Shown here one piece after another: positions 58,961 to 64,000 of a stretch of 64,000 nucleotides of DNA. Under the pieces are notes generated by a model that was given only the letters and a program-made list of their open reading frames with translations, was not told where the DNA came from and searched no databases. This DNA comes from Bdellovibrionales bacterium (GTDB taxonomy: Bacteria; Bdellovibrionota; Bdellovibrionia; Bdellovibrionales; UBA1609). A program made the position numbers and the translations under genes. Within the stretch, counting starts at the first letter, position 1. Each line of letters begins with the position of its first letter. The DNA lies in contig OZ241329.1 in assembly GCA_965199825.1 (NCBI GenBank), positions 1,792,001 to 1,856,000 on the forward strand, read 5' to 3'.

Positions 58961-60694
58961 ATGATGTCGTTATTTTGTTTTTTTCTAAGCGTGAGTTTTG
59001 CTGCCACTTCCCCGCAAAGTGAAATCATTAAATTTTTGGATCGGCAGGCAAAACAACCCGCCGCCGATTTTTTGGTAAGTTGGAAATCGCGCACAGGCCA
59101 TGCTGTCAAAGGGGAGTGGTTGGCTAGTAAACCGATGGTTTTTATTTACGACCGATCAATCGGTCAACAAAATAATATTAGTTTAGGAAGTGCAATTGCG
59201 CGCACCGAGGATAATACCGGTATCTTCGTGCAGAGAGCATCGGATGATTTGACATTACTTTACCCAGCTCGAGATATTGCGTTTGCCACAAAGAAATATG
59301 CGCCAGGATCTTACATCCACGATAATCGACGAGTTTATCTTTCAGAAACTTTTGTGCATCCTCAAACAAAAAAAAGGATGTGGCTGTTAGAAGATCGAAG
59401 CTTTGTCGAGCAGCCCGAAATTGTTGAAACAGTTTTGATTGCAGGATCGCAGAACATTTCAGATAAAGACGAACCGACCGAATTAGACTTGGTTCAATTT
59501 TTAGATAAAAAAAGTTTGGAGGGACACCTCTATCCTGATGTTTATGAAAATAAACATAAAAAGTTGACTGACTCGATTAAGAGATACAACCGGGCTCTCG
59601 CGCGAGTTCCGGTAATGGTGATTGAACGTATTCCTCAACAAAAGACGGATGGTCGAAAAATTGTTTTTGATATGTCCAAATCCAAAAAAGAAAATCAAAT
59701 GGTTGGGGTCGAACGCCTTCCCACACGCGAGACAAGCGTATTTCCTGGATTGTATGTTGGATCAAACAAAGATGGATCAATTGTATTTGTATCGCGAACA
59801 GATAGGCCAACCATCAACATGAATGAATTTTTGGCTTATCCTCGAAGTGAGGTGGTCAACTTAGACCTTGAGCCTGCTGTTCTCCCTGGTGATTACGTTA
59901 TTTATCTCAACTATCTTTATGTAGAAGCTTTGGTGATCGGAACTTTTACAAATCCGCTCACTCGAATGACCCGTGTTTTAATCGAAACCAATTTGTACAA
60001 TGAGTCGGCATCTCCACAGCAGAGACTTGTGCCAACCCTTAATAATTTTAAGTTAACCCCAATTTCGAATAGTCCGCTTTTAACTCACAACATCACAATT
60101 GTGACCAACAACGTACAAGAACAATTACCGCACATTGAACAAAGCGAGATCGAAAAAGTGTACCCCGGATTTATCATGGATAGCCGCGATAAAGTATGGC
60201 CGCTGCATGATGGCCCAGGAAAATCTATCTTTGGTTCGTTCGCATTCGTCACACAAGAATCTGATATTTTAAAAATTGCTCTTTTTGAGGATGAAGAACT
60301 TATCGAAAAGTCGGTGGCAAGTGTTTCGGCTGGTGGATTGATTGTGACCGATGATCGACGACTTTATGAACTCAATGAAGTTTTTGTGGTGGAAAAAGAA
60401 GATGTTTATCGTGATTCTTACGGACAGAAATTCTCGCGGGCTCAACTGTTACAAAAGATGGCGTTAACACGAAGCCAAAAAATTGCTAAAGGTTTTGATA
60501 CTTGTCGCATTGCTTTAGGTCGCTTAGCCAAGGCAATGAAAGAGGATCAGGGTGAGGATGACAGACCGAGATTGGGCTTACGTGAATCGGTTAAACCAAA
60601 TCTAGATCGAGACATTGGTACAAGTTGGGACAATCATCGAAGCATTTCATTTCTCGAACGAATTGCCGGGAAGGTTGTTAAGAGATCAAAATAA
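58961..60694 (+). CDS. Exported hypothetical protein with an internal duplication
   Basis: Signal peptide ending SFA; repeated blocks (see findings). Confidence 0.65.
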   Translation: MMSLFCFFLSVSFAATSPQSEIIKFLDRQAKQPAADFLVSWKSRTGHAVKGEWLASKPMVFIYDRSIGQQNNISLGSAIARTEDNTGIFVQRASDDLTLLYPARDIAFATKKYAPGSYIHDNRRVYLSETFVHPQTKKRMWLLEDRSFVEQPEIVETVLIAGSQNISDKDEPTELDLVQFLDKKSLEGHLYPDVYENKHKKLTDSIKRYNRALARVPVMVIERIPQQKTDGRKIVFDMSKSKKENQMVGVERLPTRETSVFPGLYVGSNKDGSIVFVSRTDRPTINMNEFLAYPRSEVVNLDLEPAVLPGDYVIYLNYLYVEALVIGTFTNPLTRMTRVLIETNLYNESASPQQRLVPTLNNFKLTPISNSPLLTHNITIVTNNVQEQLPHIEQSEIEKVYPGFIMDSRDKVWPLHDGPGKSIFGSFAFVTQESDILKIALFEDEELIEKSVASVSAGGLIVTDDRRLYELNEVFVVEKEDVYRDSYGQKFSRAQLLQKMALTRSQKIAKGFDTCRIALGRLAKAMKEDQGEDDRPRLGLRESVKPNLDRDIGTSWDNHRSISFLERIAGKVVKRSK

Positions 60695-61255
60695 AACGAG
60701 TGGGAATGACAAGCTGATCATCACCATATTGATCTTTTGTTGAGGTTCTAAAGCAATGGACCCATTGCCCGCATCACCCTGCTTAAATGTTGTGGTCACG
60801 TACTCGAGGTTGATCGCAACAAACGGGAGTGAGTTTAATCCTAAGCCAATTTTTGAACCTGTCCCACTTTTGAGTTTAAGATTGGGATCTGTTTTGAGCG
60901 TGCCATCAACTTCAAAAAAATATGAGCCATAAATTCGCAAACCAATGATCGGAAGTTGGTAACCGATAAATGCACCAATGTTCGAGGTGGTCAGATTCAA
61001 ATTTCCAACCGAATCTTTGAGTGTCAAATTTCCAGAAAGATATTCGGCTCCGACCATGATGCCCAGTTTTTTTAATCCCACTCGCGCACCATATTCAGAT
61101 CCACTGATGGTTTCAGAACTGAGTGGTGAGGCTTGCGCCGCCCCCTTTGATTGACCGGCGCCGTAACCCACAAAGGGTTCAATCAATATTGAAGCCTTTG
61201 AGCTCACACAAAAAAAGGCGAATACAAAAATCGTCTTACGCATGTTGTTCTCCAT
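60686..61255 (-). CDS. Small outer-membrane beta-barrel protein (start may be ATG 61243)
   Basis: Signal peptide, IEPFVGY, YGARVG, GAEY, INLEY and a terminal Phe. Confidence 0.75.
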   Translation of the reverse strand: MENNMRKTIFVFAFFCVSSKASILIEPFVGYGAGQSKGAAQASPLSSETISGSEYGARVGLKKLGIMVGAEYLSGNLTLKDSVGNLNLTTSNIGAFIGYQLPIIGLRIYGSYFFEVDGTLKTDPNLKLKSGTGSKIGLGLNSLPFVAINLEYVTTTFKQGDAGNGSIALEPQQKINMVMISLSFPLVLF

Positions 61256-61374
61256 TCAATTAGTTTATGAGTGCGATGATGCAAAAAGCCAGTTATTGTG
61301 CGACTTCTTGCCTTAAGTACCTTTAAGAATCACAATAAATTTCATTATATATACATCGGGAAAGGACCTCGACC

Positions 61375-63624
61375 ATGGCCCAAATAGAAACGACAGCGGC
61401 GCTTGTTGAACAAACTTATGCGCGATCAAAAAAAAATCTTTTGGTGGTTCGAAAACGTTTAGGTCGTTCGCTGACACTTGCAGAAAAAATTGTGTTCGGT
61501 CATCTCGACAATCCAGAAACTCAGGATCTCACACGCGGTGAAAGCTTTCTTCAGCTAAGACCTGATCGTGTGGCGATGCAAGATGCCACCGCACAAATGG
61601 CGATCTTACAGTTTATGCTCGCAGGTCGCGATGAGGCGGCTGTCCCAAGTACCGTTCATTGTGATCATTTGATTCTTGCACATGACGGATTAAAAAAAGA
61701 TATGGATCGCGCGATGTCTGAGAATCGCGAGGTGTTCGACTTTTTGGCCTCAGCTTCGTCGCGCTACAATTTAGGTTTTTGGAAACCGGGTGCAGGAATT
61801 ATCCATCAAGTAATTATCGAAAATTATGCTTATCCTGGTGGTTTGATGATCGGAACAGATTCGCATACTCCCAACGCCGGCGGTCTTGGAATGATCGCGG
61901 TGGGTGTGGGCGGTGCGGATGCCTCGGATGTGATGTCAGGCCTTGCGTGGGAAGTCAAAAATCCAAAATTGATCGGGGTTCATCTTAAAGGAAAAATGGG
62001 TGGATGGACATCTGCCAAAGATGTGATCCTTAAACTTCTTGGAATCCTCACCGTAAAAGGTGGGACAAATAAAATTGTCGAATATTTTGGTGAAGGATGT
62101 GATTCGATTAGCGCAACTGGTAAAGGAACAATCACCAACATGGGTGCTGAACTTGGCGCGACCTGTTCGGTATTTCCTTATGATCAAAGAATGAGAAATT
62201 ATTTAAAAATTACCAATCGAGAACATTTGGCCAAGATTGCAGATGCAAATATGGATTTGCTCGAAGCCGATAAAGAAGTCTTGAGCAATCCAAAAGAATA
62301 TTACGACGAAGTGATCGAAATCGATTTGTCACAACTCGAGCCTCATTTGGTTGGCCCGCATTCTCCTGATGCTGCACGTCCATTGAGTCAAGTGGGTGCA
62401 GCTGCGCAAAAAGAAGGATGGCCCATCAAGTTGTCAGCAGCTCTGATCGGGTCGTGCACGAATTCTTCCTATGAAGATATTGGCCGAGCCACACATGTGG
62501 CAAAACAAGCATTAGCTGCTGGATTAAAAATGCCGCAGTATTTTTTGGTCTCACCTGGATCAAGCCAAATTAAAAAAACCATCGAGCGCGATGGGCAGAT
62601 GCAAGTGTTAGAAGACATCGGTGCAACCGTTTTGGCAAATGCCTGTGGTCCTTGCATTGGTCAGTGGCAAAGAGATGATATTAAAAAAGGTGTGCCCAAC
62701 ACCATCATCAATTCATTTAACCGCAACTTTAGAGGGCGAAACGATAGCAATCCCGAAACACTTTCGTTTATTGGCAGTCCAGAAATTGTGATGGCTTTAG
62801 GCATCGCAGGTCGTCTCGATTTTAATCCTGCAACCGATACCATCGAGCACAACGGTAAAAAAATTAAATTAAATATTCCCGAAGCTCCTGAGTTGCCATC
62901 AAGTTTTGTTGCCGACCCGGATGCCTATCAAGCTCCTCAAGGCCGCACGGCAGTTGTAAAAGTGGATCCCAACTCGGATCGCCTTCAGGTGCTTCAGCCC
63001 TTTGCCGCATGGTCGGGTCAAGATATGAAAGATCTTATGGTGCTGTGTAAAGCCAAAGGCAAATGCACCACCGATCATATTAGTCCTGCAGGCCCATGGC
63101 TAAAATATCGCGGACACCTTGATAACATTTCAAACAATATGTTGCTGGGTGCAACCAACGCATTTACCGGATCGATCGGCAAAGGTAATAACCTGATCAC
63201 CGGCGAAAAAGATCAAGAATTTGCAAAAGTGGCACGGTCCTACAAAGCCAATAAAAAATCATGGGTCATCATCGGTGATGAAAATTATGGCGAAGGATCC
63301 TCGCGCGAACATGCGGCAATGTCACCGCGTTGGCTTGGAGCATTGGCTGTGATTGTTAAAAGTTTTGCTCGTATTCATGAGACCAATCTCAAAAAGCAGG
63401 GGGCACTTGCTTTGACGTTTGCGATCCCTTCAGATTACGACAAAATTCTTGAAACCGATCGCTTGGATATCACCGGCTTAAAAACATTTGCTCCAGGAAA
63501 ATCTTTGCAGCTTGTGATCCATCATGCCGATGGACGCACCGATACCGCAGAACTGCTGCACAGTTTTAATGCTGAGCAGATTCGGTGGTTTCAAGCGGGC
63601 AGTGCTTTAAACGTAAAAAACTAA
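61375..63624 (+). CDS. acnA: Aconitate hydratase, mitochondrial-like type
   Basis: [51 protein letters not shown] and [10 protein letters not shown]. Confidence 0.93.
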   Translation: MAQIETTAALVEQTYARSKKNLLVVRKRLGRSLTLAEKIVFGHLDNPETQDLTRGESFLQLRPDRVAMQDATAQMAILQFMLAGRDEAAVPSTVHCDHLILAHDGLKKDMDRAMSENREVFDFLASASSRYNLGFWKPGAGIIHQVIIENYAYPGGLMIGTDSHTPNAGGLGMIAVGVGGADASDVMSGLAWEVKNPKLIGVHLKGKMGGWTSAKDVILKLLGILTVKGGTNKIVEYFGEGCDSISATGKGTITNMGAELGATCSVFPYDQRMRNYLKITNREHLAKIADANMDLLEADKEVLSNPKEYYDEVIEIDLSQLEPHLVGPHSPDAARPLSQVGAAAQKEGWPIKLSAALIGSCTNSSYEDIGRATHVAKQALAAGLKMPQYFLVSPGSSQIKKTIERDGQMQVLEDIGATVLANACGPCIGQWQRDDIKKGVPNTIINSFNRNFRGRNDSNPETLSFIGSPEIVMALGIAGRLDFNPATDTIEHNGKKIKLNIPEAPELPSSFVADPDAYQAPQGRTAVVKVDPNSDRLQVLQPFAAWSGQDMKDLMVLCKAKGKCTTDHISPAGPWLKYRGHLDNISNNMLLGATNAFTGSIGKGNNLITGEKDQEFAKVARSYKANKKSWVIIGDENYGEGSSREHAAMSPRWLGALAVIVKSFARIHETNLKKQGALALTFAIPSDYDKILETDRLDITGLKTFAPGKSLQLVIHHADGRTDTAELLHSFNAEQIRWFQAGSALNVKN

Positions 63625-63652
63625 ATTCTCTTTTTAGGGTGATCGTCGCCGA

Positions 63653-64000
63653 CTATCGTCGTCGGCGTCGCCGCTTTTTGTGCTTGTGAGTGTCTGGAAC
63701 TTGCGGCAACTCTGGGGCTCGAAAGCCTTCCTTTCGGGCAAGTGCCACCGCTTGTTGACACTGCAAGCCTTCTTCGAGCATCACCGTCAATTGTCGTTGA
63801 ACTCCCAAGGAGAGTGTCGTTTTTTTAAGGAAATTCGAAAGCTGATCCGAATTGGGCTTGCGACAGGCCGAGGGGGCAAGGCTTGAGAATTTCTCGGCAA
63901 GGGTTGCGTGCCTTGAATCAAGCTGACTTAGATCATCATAAAATATTTTGCCGAACTGTGTACGAAGGTCTGATTGATTGCTCGGAAATAAACTGGAGAT
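63653..64000 (-). CDS. C-terminal part of a hypothetical protein running in from the right edge (not in the ORF track)
   Basis: The minus frame is open for 115 codons from 64000 to TAG at 63653-63655 and ends ...PDTHKHKKRRRRRR*. Confidence 0.6.
   Translation of the reverse strand: MSSLFPSNQSDLRTQFGKIFYDDLSQLDSRHATLAEKFSSLAPSACRKPNSDQLSNFLKKTTLSLGVQRQLTVMLEEGLQCQQAVALARKEGFRAPELPQVPDTHKHKKRRRRRR

Noticed and set aside
63680..63886. Plus-strand 68-aa ORF
   Set aside because: It is antisense to a longer open minus-strand frame that better explains the region.

Overview
This is a 64 kb chromosomal segment from a gene-dense bacterium, most likely a predatory Bdellovibrionota. That assignment is inferred from a ZZ-type histone, topoisomerase VI, an spd-type EF-G, an FQNC lipoprotein, S74-chaperoned fibre proteins and sigma28-like promoters. 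Housekeeping content: prc, 2-oxoacid dehydrogenase E1 alpha/beta, fusA-dcd-cutA-pyrE, recQ-aat, folE, 2-oxoacid:ferredoxin oxidoreductase, CdsA/PlsC-family genes, serA, grxD-bolA, top6B/A, aconitase and tRNA-Arg(TCT). These are interleaved with tandem paralogous exported proteins of unknown function. The strongest leads are: (1) two tandem proteins fusing a type IV prepilin-like N-terminus to phage-tail-fibre repeats and an S74 autocleaving chaperone; (2) an operon with an outer-membrane beta-barrel and two ~1100-aa paralogous lipoproteins carrying a long Ser/Gly/Thr-rich segment reminiscent of beta-pore-forming proteins; (3) a Zn-finger-fused bacterial histone; (4) a four-gene array of an unrecognised secreted family. 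Also seen are a secreted J-domain-like protein lacking HPD, a sigma54 activator split by an in-frame stop, and a recurring intergenic palindrome. I saw no CRISPR array, integrase, transposase or rRNA. All calls come from motif recognition by eye; no database searches were run.
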